A stretch of DNA of 29,520 nt. Source: Candidatus Zixiibacteriota bacterium. Its GTDB lineage: Bacteria > Zixibacteria > MSB-5A5 > GN15 > FEB-12. Location of the stretch: positions 1 to 29,520 of the forward strand of contig JBGSIV010000227.1 in NCBI GenBank assembly GCA_041742355.1, in the 5' to 3' direction. A program made the position numbers and the translations under genes. Positions 14,921 through 26,774 of this stretch are shown piece after piece. How positions within the stretch are numbered: position 1 is the stretch's first letter; every line of letters starts with the position of its first letter. Under the pieces are notes generated by a model. It was given only the letters and a program-made list of their open reading frames with translations, was not told the origin of the DNA and made no database searches.

Positions 14921-16258
14921 ATGTCCAGCTTCGTCGCATCCTTCATCGCCGACCTGCGCAACACCCACCCCGGCCAGCCGGAATTCCACCAGGCGGTCCA
15001 CGACGCCCTCATGGCGGTCGCCCCGGTCCTGGAGAAGAACCCCGCCTACCGCGATGCCGCGTTGCTCGAACGCCTTGTCGAACCGGAGCGCGTCATCATT
15101 TTCCGCGTGCCGTGGGTTGACGACGACAACCGCGTGAGGATAAACCGCGGCTACCGCGTCGAATTTTCAAGCACGCTCGGCCCGTTCAAAGGCGGCCTGC
15201 GTTTCCACCCCGGCGTGACACTCGGTATCCTGAAGTTTCTCGCGTTCGAACAAACGCTCAAGAACAGCCTCACCACGCTGCCGTTGGGCGGCGCCAAGGG
15301 GGGCTCCGATTTCGATCCGAAGGGCCGCTCCGACCAGGCGGTCATGCGCTTCTGCCAGAGCTTCATGAACGAGCTTTTCCGCCATGTCGGCCCGCACATC
15401 GATATCCTCGCCGGCGATATCGGCGTCGACCGCCGCGAACTCGGCTTCCTCTACGGCCAGTACAAACGCCTCCGCAACGCGTTCGATTCGGGAGTGATGG
15501 GCAAAGCGCCCGCCTGGGGCGGCACCGTGCTGCGTCCCGAGGCCACCGGGTACGGGTGCGCCTGGTTCGCCGCCGAAATGCTCGCCACCCGCAACGACTC
15601 GTTTGCGGGCAAGCGTGTCGCGATCTCCGGCTCCGGAACGGTTGCCCTCTATGCCGCCGAAAAGGTCGCGACGCTCGGCGGCAGAGTGGTCGCGATGTCC
15701 GACTCGCACGGCTTTATCGTCGATGACCAGGGGATCGCGGGGGAGAAACTGGAATTTTTGAAACAGCGCAACGACCGCCGCGCCCCTCTGCGCGAGTATG
15801 TCGAGAAGTTTGACGGCAGTTACTCCGAGGGGCCGCACATCTGGCATGTCCCGGTTGATATCGCCATCCCCTGCGCCACGCAGAATGAAATCAACACCGA
15901 GGACGCCAGGGCCCTCTTGCGCAACGGCTGCACCTGTGTGTGCGAAGGGGCCAACCAGCCGCTTACGGCCGATGCCTCGATGGTACTTCAGGAGTCAGGT
16001 ATCCTCTATGGCCCCGGCAAGGCGGCCAACTGCGGCGCGGCCGTGGTCTCGGCGTTCGAGACCGCACAGAATACGCTCGGCCTCAACTGGTCGGCCGAGG
16101 AGATCGACTCCCGCCTGCACGACCTGATGCGCGCGATCCACGACCGCTGTCTGCGCACCGCTGTGGAGCACGGCTGCCCGGGCAATCTGATAGTCGGCGC
16201 GAACATCGCCGCGTTCACGCGCCTTGCGGATGCGATGCTGGAGCAGGGAGTGGTGTAG
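14921..16258 (+). CDS. gdhA: NADP-type glutamate dehydrogenase (divergent)
   Basis: GQPEFHQAV, EPERVIIFRVPWVDD, GPFKGGLRFHP, GGAKGGSDFDPKG, RPEATGYG, PCATQNE, GANIAAF. Confidence 0.9.
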   Translation: MSSFVASFIADLRNTHPGQPEFHQAVHDALMAVAPVLEKNPAYRDAALLERLVEPERVIIFRVPWVDDDNRVRINRGYRVEFSSTLGPFKGGLRFHPGVTLGILKFLAFEQTLKNSLTTLPLGGAKGGSDFDPKGRSDQAVMRFCQSFMNELFRHVGPHIDILAGDIGVDRRELGFLYGQYKRLRNAFDSGVMGKAPAWGGTVLRPEATGYGCAWFAAEMLATRNDSFAGKRVAISGSGTVALYAAEKVATLGGRVVAMSDSHGFIVDDQGIAGEKLEFLKQRNDRRAPLREYVEKFDGSYSEGPHIWHVPVDIAIPCATQNEINTEDARALLRNGCTCVCEGANQPLTADASMVLQESGILYGPGKAANCGAAVVSAFETAQNTLGLNWSAEEIDSRLHDLMRAIHDRCLRTAVEHGCPGNLIVGANIAAFTRLADAMLEQGVV

Positions 16259-16318
16259 GGGGGAGAGAATCCGAATCAACGAACCTTGGCAGGGGTTTCT
16301 ATTTCCTTACGGCAACAC

Positions 16319-16771
16319 TCAGTCGCACGGGCTGCCTATCCACTCTGCGATCGCATGCAATGGGCTATCAATGATGGGGTTCATAGGCAAGGTATCGCAT
16401 CGGCCGGTTTCGTAAATCAGGATAATTTTTGTCCACGTGCCGGTCTCACCGTCCCCCGAATAGTCGTGGGCTTGCAGAACAACCTCCCCGGAGAAAACGT
16501 CATCCACCAGGTTGTATACATCAGGCGAAGCCGATGTCAAAAACAGCACGGTATCGCAAACCTGGAAGTGGACCGATGCCACCTGAAGAGCGTAGACTGA
16601 GTCGGCTGCTGTAATCTCGAAGTGCATTTGTCCCCCGCCATCGGTATCCCAGATGAGTTTGGCCACAGGACCGCCGGGTCTTGGTGAGTCAACCGATTTC
16701 TTGTGGCAGGCGCCCATGACGATCAAGGCACAGACGCATGTTAGGATAATAAGGCACGATGATCTACTCAT
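16319..16771 (-). CDS. Putative lipoprotein of unknown function (150 aa)
   Basis: Start ATG 16771 with GGAG RBS; hydrophobic signal and lipobox-like VMGA-C followed by HKKS. Confidence 0.65.
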   Translation of the reverse strand: MSRSSCLIILTCVCALIVMGACHKKSVDSPRPGGPVAKLIWDTDGGGQMHFEITAADSVYALQVASVHFQVCDTVLFLTSASPDVYNLVDDVFSGEVVLQAHDYSGDGETGTWTKIILIYETGRCDTLPMNPIIDSPLHAIAEWIGSPCD

Positions 16772-16988
16772 ACGTGTGATCTCCCACGTTCTTCGATTGA
16801 AGGCCATGATTCGATTCGGAAACCCTGACGATGGAACTAACGGCACCCCCGCCTGTTTGTCAAGGCGAACTCAGCAACATCAGAGCCTCTTGTCGGCGTA
16901 CGCGCGTTTCTTATGGACCTACCGGCAATCCCCTCACCTGTGAACTCGGATGCCGGGATGATGCCTCGCGACCGTCCGCCCCTTTCCC

Positions 16989-18854
<1,866 letters not shown>

Positions 18855-18876
18855 AACCACTACACAATCCTTCCTG

Positions 18877-19650
18877 TTAGTCTCGGTGCGCCACAAGGGC
18901 AAACAGCATCGGGTACTTCGGCGCTCCTTCCGGCGGGTACCAGTACCCCTCGCGCTCGATCCAATCGTCGCCGTAGCGGTAGCACAGGCCGTCGGACTCC
19001 TCCAGCCGTTCCACTCTCAGACCGGCTGCGATCACCGCCGTGACAATTTCTCCCAGCGAGTGCTGCCACTCGACCGACTCTTCACTGGGTACGTAATCTT
19101 TGTCCGCGTAGTCCGGGTCGTTGTACCGCTTCGCCTCCCGCTCGAAATATGACACACCTTGTAGGTAGACGGTGGCGATCGGGTGAATGTCGACCATCAG
19201 AAATGTCCCGCCCGGTTTCAGGTGGTGCGCGACAACTCTTGCCCACCGGTCAAGACCGCCGACCCAGTGGTGCGTCCCATACGATTGGAATACGATATCG
19301 AATGTCCGGTCGATCTTTCCGGTTAGTTCAACCACATCGGACCGCACGAATTCTGCCTTCAGGCCCGTCTGCCGTGTCAGTTCATGGGCCAACTCAATTG
19401 ATCGCCCGGAAATATCCACGCCCGTCACCTCTGCTCCCAGCCGGGCCCAAGACAACGTATCCAGTCCGAACTGGCAGAACAGGTGCAGCAGCGACTTGCC
19501 GCGCACGTCGCCCAGGAGGCGCCGCTCGATTGGTTTGAGCGAATTCCACCCCGCCAGAAACTCCCGCACGCGGTAGTCCGGATGGTTGAAATGCACGTCG
19601 GCGATCTCGTCCCAGAGCCGACGGTTTTGCTCGTGGTTGGGATCGGGCAC
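18877..19650 (-). CDS. Class I SAM-dependent methyltransferase
   Basis: Likely start GTG 19650 overlapping the lptG stop (TAGTG); NRRLWDE, LLHLFCQFGLDTLSWARLGAEVTGVDIS, LKPGG. Confidence 0.88.
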   Translation of the reverse strand: MPDPNHEQNRRLWDEIADVHFNHPDYRVREFLAGWNSLKPIERRLLGDVRGKSLLHLFCQFGLDTLSWARLGAEVTGVDISGRSIELAHELTRQTGLKAEFVRSDVVELTGKIDRTFDIVFQSYGTHHWVGGLDRWARVVAHHLKPGGTFLMVDIHPIATVYLQGVSYFEREAKRYNDPDYADKDYVPSEESVEWQHSLGEIVTAVIAAGLRVERLEESDGLCYRYGDDWIEREGYWYPPEGAPKYPMLFALVAHRD

Positions 19651-20735
19651 TATTTCCTCGCCCGGAGCATTAAGAACACTCCCACCAGGAAGAACAACCC
19701 GTTGACCCCCCAGACAGCGACCTCCACCGGGATCTTCTGGTTGTAGCCCGCCGATTGCAGCACGCGGAAGAGCACGAAATACACGAGCGAAATGAGCGCC
19801 CCGATCGAAATCGACACCGCCAGCCCGCCGCGCCGCGGATTGGACGCAATCGGCACGCTGATCAGCACGACAATGAAGGACGACAGGGGAAAGGCGTACT
19901 TGATCCCCAGATCGACAATTTCCCGGTGGTATGGTCCCCCGGTTCGCTTCATCAGGTCGATATAGTCCTGCAACTCTTGCAGCCCCATATCGTCGGGGTC
20001 GCCGATCTTTTTGGCGAAATCCTCCGGCTTCTCCTTGATATCCGAAAACGGCATCACCTGGAATTCCCGGTAGGTTTCCCCGTCCTCCTGCGAAAAGGTC
20101 CGCTCGATCCCGCCGAAGAGGGTCCAGTTGCTGTCGGCGTAGACGATGCGGTCGGCGGTGATAATCTTGCGCAGGCGGTTTTCCGAGGTCAGGTACACCC
20201 GCACGCCGGTTCCGACCTCCCGCTCGACATTGAATCCCTCGATCGTGTATATATAGCCGGGTTCGATCTGCCGGTAGATGTTGGTCACCTGGGTCGAGAT
20301 GCGGCGCGACCGTTTCTCGATGGTGTATTCCTTGATCTCCAGCCGGCGCTGGTTGGCCGGCGGATAGATGTATTCGCTGTAGTAGAAGTGTCCCGCCGCG
20401 AGCCCGATCGCGACGAGGAGGTAGGGGAAGGCCAGGCGGTAGAGCGACAGCCCGGAGGCCTTCATCGCGAGGATCTCGTTCCGCCGCGCCAGGATCGAGA
20501 CTGAGAAGAGGCTCGCGATCAGGATGAACATCGGCAGGAATGACTTTATCACCCACCCGCCGAAGTGGAAGTAGTACTCGAGAATCGAGAGGATCGGCAC
20601 TTTGTGGTCGATGAAATCGCGCAGCTCCTCGATCACGTTGATCACCGTGATCGTCAGCCCCACCGCCACCGTCACCACCAGCAGCGCCAGGAAGAACCCT
20701 TTCAGCAGGTAGAGGTCAAGCCGCTTCAGAATCAT
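19650..20735 (-). CDS. lptG: LPS export ABC transporter permease LptG
   Basis: LDLYLLK N-terminus, NEILAMKASGLS motif, 3+3 TM helices around a periplasmic domain; follows lptF. Confidence 0.88.
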   Translation of the reverse strand: MILKRLDLYLLKGFFLALLVVTVAVGLTITVINVIEELRDFIDHKVPILSILEYYFHFGGWVIKSFLPMFILIASLFSVSILARRNEILAMKASGLSLYRLAFPYLLVAIGLAAGHFYYSEYIYPPANQRRLEIKEYTIEKRSRRISTQVTNIYRQIEPGYIYTIEGFNVEREVGTGVRVYLTSENRLRKIITADRIVYADSNWTLFGGIERTFSQEDGETYREFQVMPFSDIKEKPEDFAKKIGDPDDMGLQELQDYIDLMKRTGGPYHREIVDLGIKYAFPLSSFIVVLISVPIASNPRRGGLAVSISIGALISLVYFVLFRVLQSAGYNQKIPVEVAVWGVNGLFFLVGVFLMLRARK

Positions 20736-22071
20736 CGTACTTCCTCTTTTTCGACCCGCGCAGCCAGGCCAGCACCGGTTGCTCCGTCACCACCTTGTAC
20801 AGCAGGTACAGGCCGATCGCCCCGATCAGGATGTTCGCCGACCACATTGCCACAAACGGGCTGATCAATCCGCGGTCGGCCAGATCCTCTCCGCCGATCA
20901 GGAACGCCCAGTACACCACGAACAGCAGAATCGAAATCGCGATCGCCACCCCCATCCCGCCCCGCCGCGTCATCACCGCCAGCGGCGCGCCGATCAGGAT
21001 GAAGGCCAGCGACGCCGCCGGAATCGAGTACTTCTTGTAGATTTCGATCTGGTACTTGTTCACGATCCGCTGCTGCGCGGCGACCTGTTCGCGGTTCCGC
21101 TCCACGGTCCGCGACAGCGCTTCGGCGTCCCGCTGCACGACATGCAGCGCCGCCGAGTCGCTGCGGACATCTTTCATCGGCCACGAAAACGTGTCGGCAA
21201 ACAGCATATCTGCCCGCGCCGCCAGCGACGCCTGGATCTTCTCCTCGAACGGCGGTATCGCCGCTTGCGCCCGCTCGACATTTCCCCGCATCTGCTCGAG
21301 TCCCATCTCGCGGTCGGTGCGGTACTCGCTGTCGGTCCGCTTCAACTCCGACCCCGTCTCCCCGATATTGATCACCTGCGACTCGAAGTCCGTCCGACGG
21401 TAGTTCTCCGGCTTCTCCGTGTCGAGCTCGTGTACCTCGCCGTTGTACAGCGTGAACTGCATCGTCCGGTTGTTGTTGAGCATCTGCAGGTAGCCGTATT
21501 CGGCCACGATGATTCTCGGCTGCCGCGCATTCTTCGTCTCGTTGATCCGCACGCCATCGACCCGCGAGGTCTTGTGGTCGATATCGTCGATCAGCACGAG
21601 GTACCCGGGAATGTCGGTGATGAATATTCCCGACCGGAACACGAGCGTCGGGCGCATCGCCGCGATATCCCCCCACAGGTGCCGCGCCTGCTTGTTCAGG
21701 TCCGGCAGGATCCGGTCGTTGAACTGGATCATGCCGTAGGTGATGGCGCCCCCCGCCACCAGGAGCGGCAGAATGATCCGCAGGAGGTTGATCCCCGAGG
21801 CCTTGATGGCGGTGATCTCCATGTCGGAGGTCAGCCGTCCGAACGCCATCAGCACCGCCACCAGCACCGACATCGGCACCGAGAGCGCCAGCATCCACGC
21901 CAGGTTCAATCCCACCAGTTCGAGCGCCACCCAGATCGACAGATCCTTGTCAATCACGTGGTCGATAATTTTGGGGACGTAGTCGATGACCAGCAGAAAC
22001 GTAATGGTAAAAAAGGCGAAGAGAAACGGCGCGATGTGCTCGATGAGTATGTAGCGTGTCAGCTTTTTCAT
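20716..22071 (-). CDS. lptF: LPS export ABC transporter permease LptF
   Basis: LTRYILIE, FGRLTSDMEITAIKASGI, IGAPL...RRGG motifs; long periplasmic insert. Confidence 0.88.
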   Translation of the reverse strand: MKKLTRYILIEHIAPFLFAFFTITFLLVIDYVPKIIDHVIDKDLSIWVALELVGLNLAWMLALSVPMSVLVAVLMAFGRLTSDMEITAIKASGINLLRIILPLLVAGGAITYGMIQFNDRILPDLNKQARHLWGDIAAMRPTLVFRSGIFITDIPGYLVLIDDIDHKTSRVDGVRINETKNARQPRIIVAEYGYLQMLNNNRTMQFTLYNGEVHELDTEKPENYRRTDFESQVINIGETGSELKRTDSEYRTDREMGLEQMRGNVERAQAAIPPFEEKIQASLAARADMLFADTFSWPMKDVRSDSAALHVVQRDAEALSRTVERNREQVAAQQRIVNKYQIEIYKKYSIPAASLAFILIGAPLAVMTRRGGMGVAIAISILLFVVYWAFLIGGEDLADRGLISPFVAMWSANILIGAIGLYLLYKVVTEQPVLAWLRGSKKRKYDDSEAA

Positions 22072-22168
22072 AAATGCAAGCGAATATAATGCTTATACAT
22101 ATGGCCGCAAAGGTTGAATTCCCCCGCCCGTACTTTACTTCCCGTTCCCGTCTGCGTACCTATACCGC

Positions 22169-23392
22169 ATGAATGACTACGTGATCAACCCTTTTCGGCA
22201 GGCTTCCCCGGCCGGGGGCCATTCGTTGGTAGGCGCATGTGCCGACAACGACCCGCTGACTTTCCACCGGACCCTGCCCGGCTACACCCCGACACCGCTG
22301 GTTTCCCTGCCGGGCCTCGCCCGGGAGCTCGGGGTGGGGGAGATCCTCGTCAAGGATGAATCCCACCGCCTCGGTCTCAACGCGTTCAAAGTTCTCGGCG
22401 CCTCCTGGGCCGTCTACCGGTATCTCAAAGCCCGCTGGGAGTCCGAAACCGGCCAGCCGTTCGGCGACACCCTGACCCTCACCCCCGCCCAGCGCGCCCA
22501 TTTCGGCGACCTGACTTTATCCACCGCCACCGACGGCAACCACGGACGGGGCGTCGCCTGGACCGCCCGTACACTGGGCCTGCGCGCTGTCATCTACATG
22601 CCCCGGGGCACGGTCCCGGCCCGCGTTCTGAACATCCGCCGCGAGAATGCCACAGTGGAAGTCATCGACGGCACCTACGACGACGCGGTCGAAAAGATCA
22701 AGGCCGACTCCGCCCGCAACGGTTGGCAGATCGTCTCCGATACCTCCTGGCCCGGCTACGACCAGATCCCCGGGTGGATTCAGGCCGCGTACACCAGCAT
22801 GTTCCGCGAGATGGAGACGGTCATCCACGCCCCCGATGACCCGATGGTCGACCTCGTCTTTCTGCAGGGCGGGGTTGGCGCCCTCGCCGCCGGGGCTATC
22901 TGGTACTACGTGGGCCGCTACGGCGCCCGTCGTCCGAACTTGGTCTGCCTCGAGCCAACCGATGCCGCCTGTTTGCTCGAGTCGGCCCGCACCCCCGATG
23001 GCTCACCGGCTGTGTCCCGGGGCAAACTCACCTCTATCATGGCCGGTCTCAACTGCGGCGTGCCATCCGCCATCGCTTGGCCGATTGTCCGCGATGCCAC
23101 CGATCTGTTTGTCGCGATGGAGGATTCGTACGCCTGGGAGGCGATGCGCCGCTACTACCATCCGGCCGTCGACAACAACGGAACGGCCGACCCGCGCATT
23201 ACGTCTGGCGAATCCGGCGCCGCCGGACTTGCCGCGCTGCTTGCCCTCTTGCAGGCCGATGACCTCGCACCCGCCCGGGAGTTTCTCGGCCTCAGCCCGG
23301 CCTCCCGCATCCTGCTGCTCAATACCGAAGGTGCCACCGATCCCGAGGGGTTCGCCCGTACGATCCAGAGCACAGGGGAGAGGCCGCGATGA
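22169..23392 (+). CDS. dpaL: Diaminopropionate ammonia-lyase (PLP-dependent)
   Basis: GYTPTPL, KDESHRLGLNAFKVLGA, ATDGNHGRG, SDTSWPGY, TSIMAGLNCG, GESGAAG, NTEGATDP. Confidence 0.9.
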   Translation: MNDYVINPFRQASPAGGHSLVGACADNDPLTFHRTLPGYTPTPLVSLPGLARELGVGEILVKDESHRLGLNAFKVLGASWAVYRYLKARWESETGQPFGDTLTLTPAQRAHFGDLTLSTATDGNHGRGVAWTARTLGLRAVIYMPRGTVPARVLNIRRENATVEVIDGTYDDAVEKIKADSARNGWQIVSDTSWPGYDQIPGWIQAAYTSMFREMETVIHAPDDPMVDLVFLQGGVGALAAGAIWYYVGRYGARRPNLVCLEPTDAACLLESARTPDGSPAVSRGKLTSIMAGLNCGVPSAIAWPIVRDATDLFVAMEDSYAWEAMRRYYHPAVDNNGTADPRITSGESGAAGLAALLALLQADDLAPAREFLGLSPASRILLLNTEGATDPEGFARTIQSTGERPR

Positions 23393-23545
23393 GAATCAGG
23401 CGCAGGTCAAATCCCTTCTGCTACCCTTCGCAACATTACTGACCCGCACGATCGCAATGACCTCAATCCATCACTACCGCTTCGAGTGATTTGACTTCCG
23501 CCTTACCGGACCCAATCGGCCTCTCTATCCGTACAAGATATCACC

Positions 23546-24118
23546 ATGACCAAACGCCAACCCATAATTCTCACGCTCGGTCACTCCAACCACCCGCTCG
23601 ACCACTTTCTCCACCTCCTCCGCACTCACGCGATCGAACTCCTCGTCGATGTCCGCTCCCGCCCCTACTCCCGCTTCTTTCCGCACTTCAACAAAGCCCG
23701 GCTCGAAGCCGCGGTCACCGAAGTCGGTATCGGCTATCGCTACCTCGGTGACCTTTTGGGTGGCAAACCCGACGATGACCGTTTCTACGACCCCGAAGGC
23801 TATGTTCTCTACGGCCTGCTTTCCCGGTCGCCGCACTTCCTCCACGGTATCAACGAACTCGTCGCCGAAGGCCGTCGCCACCGTGTGGCGATTATGTGCG
23901 CCGAGGAAGACCCATCGGAGTGCCACCGCCGCCTCCTCATCACCCCCTTGCTCATCAACCGCGGCTTCGCCGTGCTGCACATCCGCCGCGATGGTTCGCT
24001 GCTGGACGAAATCACCTACTGCGACACTTCGTCGGCCGACAGTCAGATTTCCCTCTTCGACCGCCTCCCCGATACCGGCTGGAAGTCCGCCCAGCCCATC
24101 CGCACCTCAAAAAAGTAG
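23546..24118 (+). CDS. DUF488 family protein
   Basis: TLGHSNH, LVDVRSRPYSR, LGG, IMCAEEDPSECHRRLLI. Confidence 0.9.
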   Translation: MTKRQPIILTLGHSNHPLDHFLHLLRTHAIELLVDVRSRPYSRFFPHFNKARLEAAVTEVGIGYRYLGDLLGGKPDDDRFYDPEGYVLYGLLSRSPHFLHGINELVAEGRRHRVAIMCAEEDPSECHRRLLITPLLINRGFAVLHIRRDGSLLDEITYCDTSSADSQISLFDRLPDTGWKSAQPIRTSKK

Positions 24119-24175
24119 CCCCTTCCCGTGCGCAGCCCTCTTGCGCCCGCTGTGGACCTGTCGTATGTTGACAGC

Positions 24176-25117
24176 ATGCAGCCGAAGAAGATCAGCGAGC
24201 TGGTCGTCGACGACACCGTCGTCGCCTACTACGCCGTGCGCAAACGCGAGGTTCGCGAGTACTCCAAGGGGAAGTTCATCTCGCTGGAGTTCGGTGATGC
24301 CTCCGGCCGCATCGCGGGCGTGGTCTGGGAACCCGATGTCTTCTGCCTCAACGATCTCGAGGAGGGCATGGTGGTGAAGGTGCAGGGGAGAGTCGGCGAG
24401 TACAACGGCCGCCCCCAGCTCGCGGTGAGCCGAATCCGCGCCGCCGCCGATGATGAGTACTCCCTCGACGACATCCTCCCGCACTCGAAGCAGTCTCTCG
24501 AGGAACGCCGCGCCCGCATCCTCAAACTCACCGGCCAGATCGAGAACAGCTGCATCAAGCGCCTTGTCATGTCGTTCTGGGAGGACGAGCCGTTCTTCGA
24601 GAAGTACCTCAACTCCCCGGCCGGCAAACTCTGGCACCACGCGTTCATCGGCGGCCTCGCCGAACACTCCGCCAATGTCGGCGAACTCGCCCTTCGTATC
24701 GCCCAGGGCTATGATTTTCTCAACCGGGATTACCTCATCTTTGGCGGCCTCCTCCACGACCTCGGCAAAGTCAACACGTACTACGGGCGCGCGGCTATCG
24801 ACTACACCGACGAGGGACGGCTTGTCGGCCACATCTGCATCGCCGATGTCTGGGTGTGCGAACGCGCCGCGAAGATCGAAGCGCTCCAGCCGACCCTCCT
24901 GACCAAACTCCGCCACCTGCTCCTGTCGCACCAGGGAGAATACGAGACGCCGGTTAGGCCGATGATGGCCGAGGCTTTCGTCCTGTACTACTGCGATGAA
25001 GTCGACTCCAAGCTCGACGCCATCAACCGCATCCGCGAACGCCAGGGGGCAGGCTGGTCCGAGTACATCAAGCTCCTCGACCGCTTCCTGTACTTCGAGG
25101 ACCCGCTCAAGGAGTGA
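24176..25117 (+). CDS. yhaM: YhaM/Cbf1-like 3'-5' exoribonuclease (OB fold + HD domain)
   Basis: OB fold (GDASGRIAGVVW...VQGRVGEYNGRPQL); PAGKLWHHAFIGGLAEH, LLHDLGK, GRLVGHI, LSHQG. Start ATG 24176. Confidence 0.88.
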   Translation: MQPKKISELVVDDTVVAYYAVRKREVREYSKGKFISLEFGDASGRIAGVVWEPDVFCLNDLEEGMVVKVQGRVGEYNGRPQLAVSRIRAAADDEYSLDDILPHSKQSLEERRARILKLTGQIENSCIKRLVMSFWEDEPFFEKYLNSPAGKLWHHAFIGGLAEHSANVGELALRIAQGYDFLNRDYLIFGGLLHDLGKVNTYYGRAAIDYTDEGRLVGHICIADVWVCERAAKIEALQPTLLTKLRHLLLSHQGEYETPVRPMMAEAFVLYYCDEVDSKLDAINRIRERQGAGWSEYIKLLDRFLYFEDPLKE

Positions 25118-25121
25118 CCCC

Positions 25122-25835
25122 GTGGCCGACACCATCCTCGAACTGCGGCACGTCACGCGCACAATCGGCGACAAAACGATCATCGAGGATTTCTCGGCCG
25201 AGTTTAAAAAGGGACAGATTTACACTATTATCGGCCCCTCCGGCGCCGGCAAATCCTCGCTCCTGCGGATGCTCAACCGCCTCGACGACCCTTCATCCGG
25301 CGAAATCCTTTTCCACAGTATCGATATCCGCGAACTCCCGCCGACCCGCCTGCGCTGCAAGATCGGTTACCTTTTCCAGACCCCGCACATGTTCGAGGGG
25401 ACTGTCCGCGACAACTTTTTCTATGCTGAGTGCGCCCGCACCGAGGAGATCGCCGGCCGCCTCGCCGATCTCGTCCAGATCGACCACGCCCTCATCGACG
25501 CCGACACCGAACCCCTCTCGGTGGGCCAGAAGCAGCGGGTTGCTCTCGGACGGCTTCTCGCCACCAACCCGGAGATTGTACTGCTCGATGAACCGACATC
25601 GGCCCTCGACCCGAGCATCACGGAGGCAATCGAAGCCACCGTTCGCGGCATAGTCGAGCGCACCGGCCTGACTGTCATCTGGGTCACCCACCATCCCGAC
25701 CAGGCGCTGCGCATGGGCGGCGAGACCCTCCTCATGGTGCAGGGGAGACTCATCGAATCCGGCCCGAGCCGCGAGGTCATCAACAATCCGTCCACGCCGC
25801 TCGGAAAGCGTTATCAATCGAGGGAACTGCGATGA
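25122..25835 (+). CDS. fetA: ABC transporter ATP-binding protein (FetA/YbbL-like)
   Basis: GPSGAGKS, LSVGQKQR, LLDEPTSALD, WVTH; GTG 25122 with GGAG RBS; overlaps fetB start. Confidence 0.8.
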   Translation: MADTILELRHVTRTIGDKTIIEDFSAEFKKGQIYTIIGPSGAGKSSLLRMLNRLDDPSSGEILFHSIDIRELPPTRLRCKIGYLFQTPHMFEGTVRDNFFYAECARTEEIAGRLADLVQIDHALIDADTEPLSVGQKQRVALGRLLATNPEIVLLDEPTSALDPSITEAIEATVRGIVERTGLTVIWVTHHPDQALRMGGETLLMVQGRLIESGPSREVINNPSTPLGKRYQSRELR

Positions 25836-26629
25836 ACGGCGTCGGTAACGGTCCCACGTTTGTGCAGGTCGGCCTTGCGCTGGTCCTGGTCGTTATCGCG
25901 ATCGTGGTCAGCCGGTACTGGAAGCTTAACCTCACCAAAGACATGTCCCTCGGCACCGTCCGCTCCTTCATTCAGTTGGTCGCGGTCGGTTACGCCCTCG
26001 AGTTCATCTTCAACATCGACAGCTGGTGGCTCATTGTCCTGACTGTGCTGGTCATGATGACCACCGGCGCCTACACGTCGATCGAGCGCGTCAAGAGGCT
26101 CGACCGCACGTTTCCTATCGCGTGGCTCGCCATAGCGTCCGGCTCGGTCGTTACCATCGCCGTCATGCTCCTGGTGGACATCATTCCTTTCACCGCGCGT
26201 TACGTGATCCCCCTCGGCGGTATGATCATCAGCAATTCGATGAACGCCTCTGCGCTTGCGATGGCGCGCCTCACCTCTGATCTCCGGGGCAACACGCTGG
26301 CGATCGAAACCTCGCTGGCGCTGGGTAAACCCTGGCGCGAGGCCTCCCGCGGTTTCCAGCGCGACGCCGCCACGACCGGCATGACCTCGACGCTCAATTT
26401 CATGAAGACCGTCGGCATCGTCGCCCTCCCCGGCGCCATGACCGGCATGATCCTCGGCGGCGCCGACCCGCTCGAGGCTGTCCTTTTGCAGATCATCGTC
26501 GCCTACATGCTTCTCTCGGCCACCACGATCACGTCGATCGTCGCGGTCGAACTGACCGTCCGCCGCTTCTTCACTCCCCACCACCAGCTCCGCCGTATCG
26601 CCACCGCCCCCGTTACCAGCAAGTCGTAG
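25832..26629 (+). CDS. fetB: ABC transporter permease FetB/YbbM (UPF0014)
   Basis: RSFIQLVAVGY, IPLGGMIISNSM, GIVALPGAMTGMILGGADP. Confidence 0.9.
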   Translation: MNGVGNGPTFVQVGLALVLVVIAIVVSRYWKLNLTKDMSLGTVRSFIQLVAVGYALEFIFNIDSWWLIVLTVLVMMTTGAYTSIERVKRLDRTFPIAWLAIASGSVVTIAVMLLVDIIPFTARYVIPLGGMIISNSMNASALAMARLTSDLRGNTLAIETSLALGKPWREASRGFQRDAATTGMTSTLNFMKTVGIVALPGAMTGMILGGADPLEAVLLQIIVAYMLLSATTITSIVAVELTVRRFFTPHHQLRRIATAPVTSKS

Positions 26630-26666
26630 GGCAGGGAGCCCCCAGGCTTCTGCCATTGACGTACTC

Positions 26667-26774
26667 CGTGCGCGGCAGATGTCCACAACCTACGTGCGTG
26701 GCGGATGTCCACAACTCACGTGCGCGGCAGATGTCCACAACTTACGTGCGCGGCAGATGTCCTCATCTGCCGCG
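26667..26774. repeat. Tandem 26-bp repeat (3 full units plus a fourth ending in a hairpin)
   Basis: CGTGCG(C/T)GGC(A/G)GATGTCCACAAC.. units start at 26667, 26693, 26719 and 26745; the last forms CGCGGCAGATG-TCCT-CATCTGCCGCG (26749-26774). Confidence 0.9.

Noticed and set aside
19651..20556. N-terminal ~300 aa of the 559-aa ORF 18877-20556
   Set aside because: Alternative frame overlapping lptG; methyltransferase similarity starts only at GTG 19650, which has its own RBS.
26667..26774. Possible CRISPR array
   Set aside because: Units are contiguous 26-mers with no unique spacers, and there are no cas genes in the window.
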